From an uncultured Gemmatimonadaceae bacterium (GTDB lineage Bacteria > Gemmatimonadota > Gemmatimonadetes > Gemmatimonadales > Gemmatimonadaceae), in the NCBI GenBank assembly GCA_963751275.1, contig CAVVTZ010000011.1, positions 374,925 through 438,924 of the forward strand: DNA of 64,000 nt, in the 5' to 3' direction. This document shows positions 1 to 13,916 of the stretch, piece after piece (within the stretch, counting starts at the first letter, position 1; each line of letters starts with the position of its first letter). The notes beneath the pieces were generated by a model, which worked only from the letters and a program-made list of their open reading frames with translations, was not told the origin of the DNA and ran no database searches. Both the position numbers and the translations under genes were made by a program.

Positions 1-733
1 CAGGCGCACGAGCTCGTACTGCGCGCGGTTGGTGTCCTGGTACTCGTCGACGAGCAGATCAGCGGAAGCGCCGCGCGGTACGCGGCGAGCCGTTCGGGTT
101 CTCCTGCAGCATGCGCACCGGCAGCACGAGCAGGTCGTCGAAATCGACGGCGTTGCGATTCGCGCAGGGCGCGGTCGAGCAATCTGCGTACACGCGTGCG
201 ACCGCCTTGGCTGAGCGGCGTCTGCGCGAGCGTCGCGTACTCCGCCGGGCGCCACGAACGCGTTCTCGCGTCGGAGATCGCGCGGCGGATCGCGCGCCGG
301 CGTCCATTGCTTGGCGGGGATCCGCAGGCGCGCTCCATCGCGCGCTTCACGACGGAGAGCGTGTCGTCCTCATCGTAGATCGTGAAGCTCGGCGTACGCT
401 GCACGAGCGACGCGCTCGCGGCGCAGCATCCGCGCGCCGATCGCGTGGAAGGTGCCGACCCACATCCCGGCCGGCTCCGCGCCGAGCAGCCGCGCCACGC
501 GCTCGCGCATCTCGCCGGCGGCCTTGTTCGTGAACGTCACCGCCAGGATGTGCCGCGGCTCGCACGACGCCGTCGCTCGATGAGTCGCGCGATGCGCGCC
601 GTGAGCACCCGCGTCTTGCCGGAGCCGGCGCCGGCGAGCACGAGCATCGGGCCCTCGCCGTGCTCCACGGCTTCGCGCTGGGCGGGATTGAGGCGCGCGA
701 GCATCTCCGCTTCGCGGCCGGGCAGGACGCTGG

Positions 734-737
<4 letters not shown>
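1..737 (-). CDS. pcrA: UvrD/PcrA DNA helicase, N-terminal part (runs off window; frameshifted)
   Basis: [18 protein letters not shown] (Walker A), [19 protein letters not shown] and [10 protein letters not shown] across frames. Confidence 0.92.
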
Positions 738-3158
<2,421 letters not shown>

Positions 3159-3161
3159 CGT

Positions 3162-3788
3162 TCACTCGCTCGGAACGCCGGTGTCGAGACCCAGGAACCC
3201 GCAGTTCGGATCGACCACCATGCGGTAATAGATGGTGCGGCCGTTCGGCGCCGTGATCGGGTCGTACGGCGAGAAGTTGATGCTGTCGATGATGAACTTG
3301 GAGTAGATGTAGCGGCGCGCCGCGACCGATTGCACCGAGCACGTCGGATTGGACGTGAGGGACTGCACGTAGAAGCGAGTGCCGGCGTGGATCGTGATCG
3401 CGGTCGAGTCGCTGTATCCGAGCGTCGGCGAGACGAGCATGCTGTCGTAGGGTTGCAACGAGATCTGCAGGCCCGCGGTCAACGCACCCGTGAATCCCAC
3501 GAGACCCGGCGGCAGGGCGACGGCCGTCGTGTCGTGGATATCGAAGACGACATCGTAATGTGCGCCGGGCACGGCGCGCACGGGGCTCGGCCCGTAGAAA
3601 CTGGGGCCGAGCAGGGTGAGCGTGGCCACCCCCGTCGGGCCACTCTCCGGCGCACCGGTGAGCGCGTAGACACCGGCGGTATCGAACACGTTGTCCTGCG
3701 TCGCAATGGTCTGCGTCGGGCCACTGCACGCTCCGGCCGCGGCGGCGGCGAGCGCTCCCGCGGCGAGGAGGAGGATCCGGACCTTCAT
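3162..3788 (-). CDS. Hypothetical lipoprotein
   Basis: MKVRILLLAAGALAAAAAGAC signal with lipobox-like Cys; GGAG 5 nt upstream of ATG. Confidence 0.7.
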   Translation of the reverse strand: MKVRILLLAAGALAAAAAGACSGPTQTIATQDNVFDTAGVYALTGAPESGPTGVATLTLLGPSFYGPSPVRAVPGAHYDVVFDIHDTTAVALPPGLVGFTGALTAGLQISLQPYDSMLVSPTLGYSDSTAITIHAGTRFYVQSLTSNPTCSVQSVAARRYIYSKFIIDSINFSPYDPITAPNGRTIYYRMVVDPNCGFLGLDTGVPSE

Positions 3789-3830
3789 CAAATCACCTGG
3801 CAAGGGAGCACGTGAGCGACCAACCTGCGA

Positions 3831-3903
3831 AGAATACCCCGCCGGCTGGGAAGGTTCAAGCCGTTCTCGGCGCTTGACTTGCCGTGAGCGAATCGAGTAG
3901 CTT
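3831..3903. promoter_or_regulatory. Back-to-back sigma70-type promoters
   Basis: Minus: TTGAAC-17-TATTCT (3859-3831); plus: TTGACT-18-TAGCTT (3874-3903), between divergent genes. Confidence 0.55.
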
Positions 3904-3931
3904 CGCACCACCCGAACCCGCCGGAGCGCGC

Positions 3932-4285
3932 ATGCCCACCATCCGTGACCTCGTCGGTGTCCTCCGCCAGCGCGAAGGGGTCGAGGCCGCCGTCGTTCTG
4001 GGCCGCGATGGCCTGCTCATCGACAGCGACGTCCAGTCCGCGATCGACGCCGAGAGTCTGGCGGCGCTCGTCCCGCAGATCGTGGCCGCCGGCGATGAAT
4101 TCGGCGCGCACGACGGGCGCGGCGCGCTGCAGACCGCGATCCTCGAGTACGGCCACGGCATCGCGGTGGTGTGCGTGCTCAATGCGGACGCGATCCTCCT
4201 CGTGCTCGCGCAACCCACGGCGAACCTGGGCCAGCTGCTGTTCGAACTGCGCCGCAACCGCGCGAACATCGCGGCGCTCGTCTGA
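3932..4285 (+). CDS. Roadblock/LC7 (MglB-like) protein
   Basis: GVEAAVVLGRDGLLID ... ANLGQLLFEL pattern, 117 aa. Confidence 0.85.
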   Translation: MPTIRDLVGVLRQREGVEAAVVLGRDGLLIDSDVQSAIDAESLAALVPQIVAAGDEFGAHDGRGALQTAILEYGHGIAVVCVLNADAILLVLAQPTANLGQLLFELRRNRANIAALV

Positions 4286-4289
4286 CCAG

Positions 4290-4706
4290 GTGCCCGACCC
4301 CGCCGGCCGGCTCCGCGTGCTCGTGGCCGACGATGAACCGCACATCGGCCGCATCATCAAGATGAAGCTCGAGCAGGGACCGTTCGACGTGACGCTCGCC
4401 TATGACGGACAAGAAGCGCTGACCGCCGCCGAGGATTCGCCGGGCCTCGCACTCGTATTGCTGGATGTGATGATGCCGAAGATGAGCGGGCTGGATGTTC
4501 TCGCCCAGCTCCGCCAGAACGAGCGCCTGAAGACCGTGCCTTGCATCATCCTCACCGCCGCCGGCCAGGAGCAGCACTACCGCCAGGCGATCGCCCTCGG
4601 CGCGAACGACTTCCTCACGAAGCCCTTCAGTCCCAAGAAACTGTACGCGCGCGTGGCCGAACTCACGGGCGTCGCCCCCGAAGGGCCCGAGGACCAGCCG
4701 TCGTGA
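4290..4706 (+). CDS. Single-domain response regulator (CheY-like)
   Basis: VLVADDE, LLDVMMP, IILTA, FLTKPF. Confidence 0.9.
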   Translation: MPDPAGRLRVLVADDEPHIGRIIKMKLEQGPFDVTLAYDGQEALTAAEDSPGLALVLLDVMMPKMSGLDVLAQLRQNERLKTVPCIILTAAGQEQHYRQAIALGANDFLTKPFSPKKLYARVAELTGVAPEGPEDQPS

Positions 4707-5740
4707 GCCGCTGGGCCGTGATCCTGGCGGGCGGCGTGGGCTCCCGCTTCTGGCCGCTGAGCACGCCGGCGCGCCCCAAGCAGCTGCTGCCGCTCGTGAC
4801 CGACTCGCCGCTGCTGGCCGACACCGTGGCGCGGCTCGCCCCACTCGTGCCGGCGGAGCGCACGCTGATCATCACGAACGCGTCGCTCGCGCCGGCGGTG
4901 GCGAAGCTCCTGCCCTCGCTGCCCGCGGAGAACATCATCGCGGAGCCGCGCTCGGCGGGCACGGCGCCGGCGCTCACGTGGGCCGCGCTCGAGATCGCCC
5001 GGCGCGACGGATCGGGAGCGACGATGATCTGCGTGCACGCCGACTGGGCGATCGGCGATGCCGACGGATTCCGGAAGGCGCTCGATGCCGCGGCGACCGT
5101 CGCGGAATCGTCGGGCAGTCTGGTGACGGTGGGCGTCGTGCCGTCGCGTCCCGATCCGGGCTTCGGCTACATCCGCGCGGCCGAGGAAGCGCGCGGCGGC
5201 GCGCGGCGTGTCGCCAAGTTCATCGAGAAGCCCGATCGAGCCACGGCCGAGACGCTGGTGCGTGAGGGATGTCTCTGGAATTCCGGGATCTTCGTGTGGG
5301 GCGCGGGCGACTTCCTCACGGAAGTGCGCCTGCACTGCCCCGAAGTCACGAAGGCGCTGCCGCACTCGGAGCCGGATGAGATCGCGGCGTTCTTCGCCGC
5401 GTGCACACCGATCTCCGTGGATCACGGCGTGCTCGAGCGGAGCCGGCGCGTGCTGGTGCTCCCCGGCGATTTCGGGTGGGATGACGTGGGCACGTGGGCC
5501 GCGCTCCACCGCGTGCGCGCGAAGGATGCCGCGGGGAACGCCGTCGCGGGCGACGTGCATCTGCTGGACGCGCGGGAGAATGTCGTGCACGCCGAGGGGC
5601 AGACCGTCGTGGCATACGGCGTGGAGGGGCTCGTGATCGTGGCGCGCAACGGCGTGACGCTCGTGACGACACGCGAGCGCGCGGCCGATCTCAAGACGTT
5701 GCTCGACGCGCTGCCGCCGGCGGTCCGCGACCGCGCATGA
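4703..5740 (+). CDS. manC: Mannose-1-phosphate guanylyltransferase
   Basis: ILAGGVGSRFWPLS..PKQLL, FIEKP, WNSGIF, WDDVGTW. Confidence 0.9.
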   Translation: MSRWAVILAGGVGSRFWPLSTPARPKQLLPLVTDSPLLADTVARLAPLVPAERTLIITNASLAPAVAKLLPSLPAENIIAEPRSAGTAPALTWAALEIARRDGSGATMICVHADWAIGDADGFRKALDAAATVAESSGSLVTVGVVPSRPDPGFGYIRAAEEARGGARRVAKFIEKPDRATAETLVREGCLWNSGIFVWGAGDFLTEVRLHCPEVTKALPHSEPDEIAAFFAACTPISVDHGVLERSRRVLVLPGDFGWDDVGTWAALHRVRAKDAAGNAVAGDVHLLDARENVVHAEGQTVVAYGVEGLVIVARNGVTLVTTRERAADLKTLLDALPPAVRDRA

Positions 5741-6955
5741 CGGCGCTCTACCTGTACGACGACGCGCGCGCGCGCGCGTTCGAACCATTCGCGCTCACGC
5801 GGCCGGCGAGCGAGCTGCGTGCGGGCACCGCGATCATCCGGGAGCAATGGGAGATGGCGCTCGGCACGATCGATGCGCGCGCCGCCGGCGCGATCACGGC
5901 CGCGCATCTTGCCGACTTCTCCGAGGCGGGCGCGCCGCCGGCCGCGCGTGGCGTGGTGCCGGCCGGCGCGATCATCGCGAACAGCCGCTTCGCCGCATCG
6001 CTCACGCCGGCGCCCTTCGCGAAGGACGCGGCGGCGTGGACGAGCGGCGGGCGGACTTCCGCGGTGCGCATCGCGAAGGACGTGCCGCTCGCGGCGTTCA
6101 CGAACGGGAGCGCGACGCTCGAATCACTCGCCGTCGCCGGCGCTCCCACGAGCGAGATCGGCGGCCGCTGGCTGGATGAGGTGTGGCATCTCGATCACCA
6201 CGCTGTTGCCGACGCTGCGCGAGGACATCAATGCGATCGGCCCGACGTTCACGGGTACAGCGGTCGATCAGGCGACCGTGATCGGCCCGCATCCCGTGTA
6301 CGTGGAGGAGGGCGCGACGATCGAACCGCTCGTGGTGTTCGACGTCAGTGCCGGCCCGGTGATGGTGCGCGCGGGATCTGTTGTGCGCGCGTTCACCCGC
6401 CTCGCGGGACCGTGCGCCGTGGGCGCCGACAGTCAGATCCTGGGCGACCGTGTATCTGGCTGTTCGATCGGCGACCAATGCGTCGTGCGCGGCGAGATCA
6501 GCGAGAGCATCGTGATCGGGCACGCGAACAAAGGGCACGAAGGTTTCGTCGGCCACTCGGTGCTCGGCCGGTGGGTGAACCTGGGCGCCGGCACGATCAC
6601 GAGCAACCTGAAGAACAGCTACGGCACCGTGTCGCTCTGGACGCCGGAGGGCGTGCGCGACACCGGGACCGTGAAGCTCGGCACGTTCTTTGGCGACCAC
6701 GTGAAGACCGGGATCGGCGCGCGGCTCACCACCGGCTCGGTGATCGGCGCGGGGTCGAACATCTACGGCAGCGTGATGCCGCCGCGCCATGTGCCGCCCT
6801 TCTCGTGGGGAGACGGCGACGCGCTGGCAGAGTACCGCCTCGAGGAATTCTTGAAGACCACCGAGCGCGCGATGAGCCGGCGATCGGTCACGCTGAGCGA
6901 CAGCATGCGCCGGCAGCTCACCGCGGCGCATGCGTTAACGCGGCGCCGCGGCTAG
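5737..6955 (+). CDS. GlmU-like sugar nucleotidyl/acyltransferase with hexapeptide repeats (frameshift ~6190)
   Basis: PFALTRPASELRAG N-terminus; NKGHEGFVGHSVLGRWVNLGAGTITSNLKN; KLGTFFGDHVKTGI. Confidence 0.8.
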
Positions 6956-8334
6956 CTCCAGTCCCGACGGCGCAGCGGAGGCGCGCAGCCACGCCGCCGC
7001 CCGCTCCCCGCAGCGTACGGCGTTCACGGCCGCGTCGGCGAATCCGATCGCGCGCAACCCGTAGCCCGTGATGAACAATCCGGGCATCGCATCCACGGCG
7101 CGCTCGATGCGCTCCACGCGCTGCACGTGGCCGAGTTCGTACTGCGGGATGGCGCGCGGCCAACGCTGGATCGCCTGCATCACCGGCGCGGCGGTGATCC
7201 CGTACACGCGTGCGATCTCCGCGCGCGCGAGCGCCACCAGTTCGGCCTCGCGTCATCGCGCCGGCGTCCGGATCCACGCCGCCGCCGAACATCGCGCGGA
7301 TGAGCACGCTGCCCTGCGGACTCCGCCCGGGATAGAAGCGGCTCTCCCACAAGTTGCCGAGGGCGCGCAGTCCTTCGCCGCGCGCGATGAGCGCGCCGAA
7401 GCCGTTCGGCACGCGCGCCGCCTCCGCAGCTCCGAAGCCAAGGCCGACCACCGACACCGGCGGGCACTTGATCGCGTCCAGCTCCGCCGCGAGCGCCGCG
7501 TCGAGCGGCCGGAGGAGCGGCGCGGCGGCGAACGGCTCGGCCGCGATGAGGACGGCGTCCGCCGGGATCATCTCGCGGTCACCTTCCACCACGACCGACC
7601 ACCCCTGGTCCATGCGAACGATGGCACTCACCTTCGCGCCGAGCCGTACGCTGAACCCTCCGCGCGCCGCCACCGCCTCGGGAAAGCTCTGCATCCCGCG
7701 CCGGAAACTCGTGAGCGCGCCCGAGGTCGTCCTGCCCCGCTTCGCGATCATCCCGCGGATGATCGAACCGTGGTCGCGCTCGAGCGCGGTCATGCGCGGG
7801 AAGGCCGCTTCCACCGAGAGCGCACGCGCGTCGCCCGCGTAGATGCCGAGCGTCATGGGACGGATCATGCGGTCGGCCACCTGCGGCCCGAGCCGGCGCG
7901 CGGTGAAATCCCAGATCGATTCGTCGCCGCCGCCCGTGCGCCGCTTGATGAACGGTTCGCCCAACATCCGCAGCACGCCGCCCACGCCGAGAATGCCGTT
8001 CCGGACGAGCGCGATGGGATTCGGCGCGACCTCCCGCATCGTGCCGTCGATCAGGATGAATCGGTGCGCCGCCGCGGCGTCGGCCGTGACGCGCTCCCCG
8101 TCCATGCCGCAGCTCGTGATGAGCCGGTCGACATCCGGGCGCCCCCCGAGGAATCCGCCGGGTCCCGCTTCCACCAGCCAGCCATCGCGCGCGATCGTGC
8201 GCGCCTTGCCGCCCACCTGCGGACTCGCGCTCGAGTACGAGGATCTCCGCCGCGGCCGCGCCCACCGACTGCCGCACCGCCCACGCCGCCGCGAGCCCGC
8301 TGATCCCGCCGCCGATCACCACGATGCGCTTCAT
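6935..8334 (-). CDS. hemY: Protoporphyrinogen oxidase, HemY-type flavoprotein (frameshifted)
   Basis: VIGGGISGLAAA FAD motif, EAGP, GIYAGD, WPRAIPQY. Confidence 0.9.
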
Positions 8335-8336
8335 GG

Positions 8337-9761
8337 TCACACCGTGCGGCTGAACACCGGCTTCGCGGCGCCCGCGTGCTTCTCGCGCTGATATCGGTCG
8401 AAGCACATCGCCAGGTTGCGCACGAACAGCTGGCCGACCGCCGTCGCCTCGATGCGCGCCGGCGTGACCGTGACCATCCCTTCCCGCTCGTGCGGCGCGA
8501 GCGCCGAGAGATCCGACGCGAAGTATCCGGCGAAGTCGATGCCGAACTCGCGCTCGATCGCGCCGGTGTCCACGCGGAAGTTGCACATTAGCTCGTGGAT
8601 CACCTTGAGCCGCACCGCATCGTCCGCGCTGCGCGCGACGCCGCGCGCCACCGGCAGCTTCCCCGCCGCGATCATCTCCTCGTACGTCGACAGCTTCTTC
8701 TCGTTCTGCACGTACGCGCCGCGCACGTCGCCGATGGCGGAGATCCCGAGGCCGAGCACATCATCGCCGGGGATCACGGTGTAGCCCTGGAAGTTCCGGC
8801 GGAGCCGTCCCTCGCCGAGCGCGCGCGACAGCTCATCATCCGGCCGCGCGAAATGGTCCATCCCGATCGCCGTGTACCCCGCCTTGAGGAATTTCTCCCG
8901 CGCGATCGCGAAGAGCGCGATCTTGGTCTCCGCGTCGGGGAGCTGGTCCTCTTCGAGCTTCTTCTGATTGCCGCGCACCCACGGCACGAACGCGAACGAA
9001 TACACCGCCGTGCGGTCCGCGCCCAGCGAGATCACGGAATCGATGGTGCGCTCGAAGCTCTCCGGCGTCTGCAGCGGCAGTCCGTAGATGAGGTCGACGT
9101 TGATCCCGCGGAATCCACGGCGCCGCGCGTGCTCGATCAAGCCCGCCGTCTGCTCGAGGCTCTGCACCCGGTTCACCGCCTCCTGCACCGCCGGCGTGAG
9201 GTCCTGCACGCCGAGCGAGATCCGATTGAAGCCGAGATCGGCGAGCGCGTCGAGATGCGCGTTGGTCGTCACGCGCGGATCCGCCTCGAGCGCGAGTTCG
9301 GCGCCGGGCATCGGCCGGAATTCCTTGAGCAGCGGCGTGAGCAGGTCGGTGAGCTGCGCCGGCGTGTAATACGTCGGCGTGCCGCCGCCGAGATGGAGCT
9401 GCGCGACGCGCCGGCGGTTCGGCAGCCGCTCGGCGAGCATCGCGATCTCGCGCTTCAGCAGTTCGAGGTACGGCGCCGCCATCTCCTTGTGCTTGGTCAC
9501 GATGACGTGGCACCCGCAGAAGAGACAGCGCTCTTCGCAGAACGGGAGGTGCACGTACATCGACAGCGGCGCATCGCCCAGCCGGTCGGCCTCCGCGAGC
9601 CGCCGCTCATAGTCGTCCGCGGTGAACCCCTCGTGGAATTCGACGGCGGTCGGATAGCTCGTATAGCGTGGGCCCGGCTGGTCGTACCGCGCGAGCAGCT
9701 CGGCGGTGACGCTGCGGCTGACGGGCGCCGCGCCGGGAGCGCGACTCTTGGTGGCGCTCAT
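8337..9761 (-). CDS. hemN: Oxygen-independent coproporphyrinogen III dehydrogenase
   Basis: GPRYTSYPTA, HLPFCEERCLFCGC radical SAM motif, GGGTPT, GMDHFA, RNFQGY. Confidence 0.96.
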   Translation of the reverse strand: MSATKSRAPGAAPVSRSVTAELLARYDQPGPRYTSYPTAVEFHEGFTADDYERRLAEADRLGDAPLSMYVHLPFCEERCLFCGCHVIVTKHKEMAAPYLELLKREIAMLAERLPNRRRVAQLHLGGGTPTYYTPAQLTDLLTPLLKEFRPMPGAELALEADPRVTTNAHLDALADLGFNRISLGVQDLTPAVQEAVNRVQSLEQTAGLIEHARRRGFRGINVDLIYGLPLQTPESFERTIDSVISLGADRTAVYSFAFVPWVRGNQKKLEEDQLPDAETKIALFAIAREKFLKAGYTAIGMDHFARPDDELSRALGEGRLRRNFQGYTVIPGDDVLGLGISAIGDVRGAYVQNEKKLSTYEEMIAAGKLPVARGVARSADDAVRLKVIHELMCNFRVDTGAIEREFGIDFAGYFASDLSALAPHEREGMVTVTPARIEATAVGQLFVRNLAMCFDRYQREKHAGAAKPVFSRTV

Positions 9762-10780
9762 GACGACTTCTCCCCGTGCACGACTTCGACGAGCGCGTGC
9801 ACGCTGTCGATCGGTGTGTCAGGCATGATGCCGTGCCCGAGGTTGACGATGTGGCCGCGCGCCGGCACACGCGCGAGCAGCGCCCGCGCCGCGCGCCGCG
9901 TGGCGTCCGGACCGGCGAGCAGGATCGCGGGATCGAGATTTCCCTGCAGCGCTTTCGCGGCGCCGAGGGTCGTGCGCAGCGCCGCGAGGTCCTCGCGCCA
10001 GTCGACGGCGAGCGCCTCGGACTCCAGCGCGCCGTACAGCTCGACGAGATGCGGCGCGTCCTGCACGAAGAGGATCCGCGGCACGCCGAGCGATCTCGTC
10101 TCGGCGAGATAGCGCACCGAGGTGCGGGCGCACGAGCCGCGTCCAGTCGGCGCGCGAGAGCACGCCGGCCCAGGTGTCGAACAGCTGCACCGCCTGCGCG
10201 CCGGCGCCCACCTGGCGCTGCACGTAGCGAATGACGAGGCTCGGTGAGCTTGGTGAGCAGCGCGCAGAGCAGCCCCTCATCGCGCGCCGCGAGCGCGCGC
10301 AGCGCCGGGAAGCCGGGGCTGCCCCGCCCTTGCACCAGATACGCGGCCAGCGACCAGGGCGCGCCGGCGAAACCGAGCAGCGTCGCGCGGCCGTCTAGCG
10401 CGCGCTGCACGCGGCCCAGCGCGTCGATCACCTCGGGGGCGATCTCGTCATCGGCCGGCTCGCGCAGCGCGTCCACATCGGCCGCGGTGCGCACCGGCGC
10501 GGCGAGTACGGGGCCCGGATCGAAGCGCACCGGCGACGCCGAGCGCGGGGATGGGGCTCATGAGATCGGCGAAGATGATCGCGCCGTCGAGCGGGAAGCG
10601 CGCGAGCGGCTGCAGCGTCACCTCGGCGGCGAGCTCCGCGCTCCCCGACAGTTCCTCGAAGCTGTGCTTCGCGCGCAGCGCGCGGTATTCGGGCAGATAG
10701 CGGCCCGCCTGCCGCATGACCCAGAGCGCGCGGCGCTCGGTCGCTTCGCCGCGCAGCGCTCGCAGCAGGATATCGTTCAT
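9758..10780 (-). CDS. hemE: Uroporphyrinogen decarboxylase (frameshifted)
   Basis: [33 protein letters not shown]. Confidence 0.95.
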
Positions 10781-11503
10781 GCGCCGTCTCCTTCGCCGTC
10801 GGCGCTGAAGCGGTAGCCGATGCCGCGCACCGTGTGGAAATGGCGCGGCTTCTCGGGATCCGGCTCGAAGCGCTTGCGCAGCCGCATGACGAAGTTGTCG
10901 ATCGTGCGCGTGGACGGGAGCACGTCGTCGCCCCACACCTTCTCGAGCAGCTCGTCGCGCCAGACCACCGCGCCGCGCCGCTGCACCAATTCCTTGAGGA
11001 TCATCGCTTCCTTCTGCGTGAGCAGCTGGTCGCGCCCGTCGAACGACCGGCCGCGAAAGTTGCGGAAATCGAATTCGTTGCCGCCGAAGCGCACCACCGG
11101 CTCGAGCGCGGTGATCGGCGTCGTAGCGCACGCGGCGCCGCAGGATGGCGGACACGCGCAGCAGCAGCTCGCGCAGTTGGAACGGCTTCGGCAGGTAGTC
11201 GTCGCCGCCCGCCTCGAGGCCGCGGATGCGGTCGTTCGGGCCGCCCTTCGCGGTGAGGAAGAGCACCGGGGTGTCGCGCCCCTCGCGGCGCATCGTCTCG
11301 CACACCGAGAAACCGTCCATGCCCGGGAGCATCACGTCGAGGACGATCAGATCGAACTCTTCCTGCCGGATCTTCGCGAGCGCGACGCGTCCGTCGCCGA
11401 GCACGTCCACGTGGTAGCCCTCGGCCTCGAGGTTCTCGCGGATGCCGCGCGCGAGATTGAGCTCGTCTTCCACGAGCAGGATGCGGGGCGTCGTGTCGGT
11501 CAT
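10777..11503 (-). CDS. OmpR/PhoB-family response regulator (frameshift ~11115)
   Basis: [21 protein letters not shown]; winged helix [23 protein letters not shown]. Confidence 0.92.
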
Positions 11504-12610
11504 GATGCGACGGATCCCGGCCGCGGGCCAGATCACGGTGAACGTCGCGCCCTGTCCCGGGCCGTCGCTCGCCGCCGCGACGGTGCCGCGGTCGAGCTCG
11601 ACGTGCCGGCGCACCAGGAACAGGCCGAGCCCGGTGCCACGCGTGCCGCCGCGCTCCTCGCGCTCGATCCGGTAGAACTTCTCGAACAAGCGCGCGGCCT
11701 CGTCGGCGGAGAACCCGCTGCCCTCGTCCTGCACCTCGAGCACGACCGACCCATTCGTGCGCGGACCCGCGGATGCCGCACGGTGCGTCCGGGCGGCGAT
11801 GCCTTGATCGCGTTGTGGAGGAGATTGCGGAGCACGATGATGCGTGCCGTCGCGCTCGCCCGCACGGTCAGGTCACGCCGGCCACGCCGGCGTCGATCGT
11901 CACGCTCGCACTCGGCCGCGAAGCCGGCGAGCTCTTCGACGACGCTGCCGACCTCCTCGGCGAGCTCGATCGGTTCCGGCGTGCGGCGCGCCCGTCCGCG
12001 GCGAGGCGCGAGGCGTCGAGCACATTCGCGATCATCCCCTGCAGCCGGCCGAGCTCGACGAGCATGCGGCGCACGAGCTCGCCGCGCTGCGCCGGCGGCG
12101 GGTCGCGCATCGCGAGCGTCTCCACCGACAGCCGGAGGCTCGCGAGCGGACTCTTGAGCTCGTGCGACATGCCGGCGAGGAATTGCTCCTGGCCGCGCCG
12201 CAGCTCGGCCTCCTCACGGAGCGCGCGGTACGACGATCACCATCGCGCCGACGAGCACCACGAGGAAGAACGCGCCCTCCCACGCGTAGCGGTTGAGGCG
12301 GTGGAAGCGCTGGCGCTTCAGGTCATCGAGCACGATCGGCGACACGGCGATCATCGAGGAGTCGGCGCTGATCGTGAGCGCGGGGAACGCGGCGCTCAGT
12401 TCGCGCCAGCTGCGGCCCGAGCGCAGGAGCGCGCGCGCGACGACGCTGTCGCGGGTCGATACGTCGATTCCTGCGCCGCGAGCACGGCGCCCGTGTAGCG
12501 CACCTGGTCCACGAGCCACCAGCCGAGCTACGGTGGTGCAACGTGAGCAGGACGAGGAATCCACATCTGCAGGCGGCGGGTGCGGCGGAGCGTGGTCGGC
12601 GTGCGCTCAC
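11500..12610 (-). CDS. Membrane sensor histidine kinase (multiply frameshifted)
   Basis: [15 protein letters not shown]-box [33 protein letters not shown]. Confidence 0.88.
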
Positions 12611-13916
12611 GCGAGCAGCGCCTCCGCGGGAGCGGCCAGCGCGGCCGCGAGCGCGTCGCGCAGTCGCGCGAGATGCGCGGGCGTGTGCGCGAGCGAGAGG
12701 AACCCCGCCTCGTACGCGGACGGCGCGAGCGCGATGCCGCGCGTCGAGCAGCGCGTGGAAGATCGGCGCATAGCGCGCCGCGGCGGCGCCGTCGATGCGC
12801 TCGGCCGCGCGCGGTGCGGCGCCCGCCTGCAGCGAGATCCAGAAGAGCGAGCCGGCGCGCACGAGCGCCGCCGGCTCCGGCGCGGCCGCGAGCACCGGCG
12901 CGAGCATGGCCTCGAGCGCGGCGCCGGTCGCCTCGAGTTGACGCCAGCCGTCCTCGCGCTCGAGCACGTTCAGCGTGGCGAGCCCCGCGGCCATCGCCGC
13001 CGCGTTCCCCGAGAGCGTGCCGGCCTGGTACACAGGACCCTCGGGCGCCAGCATGCGCATGATGTCGCGCCGACCGCCGAACGCGCCCACCGGCAGTCCG
13101 CCGCCGATCACCTTGCCGAAGGTCGCGAGGTCCGGCGTGATGCCGAGCAGCTCCGCGGCGCCGCCCTGCGCGAGGCGGAAGCCGCTGATCACCTCGTCGA
13201 AGATGAGCAGCGCGCCGGCCCGCTCCGTCTCGCGGCGGAGCGCCGCGAGAAATTCGGGCCGCTGCAGCAGCAGGCCGTTGTTCGCCGGCACCGGCTCGAT
13301 GATCACCGCGGCGATCTCGTCGCCACGCGGGCGCAGCAGCGCGGTGAAGGCCGCTTCGTCGTCGAGCGGCAGCACGAGCGTCTCGCCGCGCGAACGCCGC
13401 GGGAACACCGGCCGACGACGGCGTGCCGAAGGTCACGAGCCCGGAGCCGGCCGCCACGAGCAGATGATCCGCGTGGCCGTGGTAGCAGCCGGAGAACTTC
13501 ACGATCTTGTCGCGCCCCGTGTAACCGCGCGCCACGCGGATCGCGCTCATCGTCGCCTCGGTGCCCGACGAGACGAAGCGCACCTGATCGAGCCCCGGAT
13601 ACCAGCTCACGATGCGTTCGGCGAGCTCGATCTCCGTCTCGCCCGGCGCGCCGAAGCTCGTGCCCCGTCCGCCGGCCGCGATGATCGCGTCGCGGACCGC
13701 CGGATGCGCGTGGCCGAGAATGAGCGGCCCCCACGAGTTCACGAAGTCGACGTAGCGCTGGCCGTCCACATCCTCGAACTCCGCGCCGCTCGCGCTATGG
13801 AACACGAGCGGCGTGCCGCCCACCGCGCGATACGCGCGCACCGGCGAACTCACGCCGCCGGGCATCACGCGCTCGGCGCGCTCCATCCACGCTTTCGACG
13901 AGGCGCCGGCGCTCAC
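12607..13916 (-). CDS. hemL: Glutamate-1-semialdehyde 2,1-aminomutase (frameshifted)
   Basis: [53 protein letters not shown]. Confidence 0.96.

Noticed and set aside
10448..11743. Apparent kinase-regulator-HemE fusion ORF
   Set aside because: The regulator-HemE join skips the winged helix in another frame, and a one-base shift at the kinase end gives the ATGA overlap used throughout this operon; indel artefact is likely
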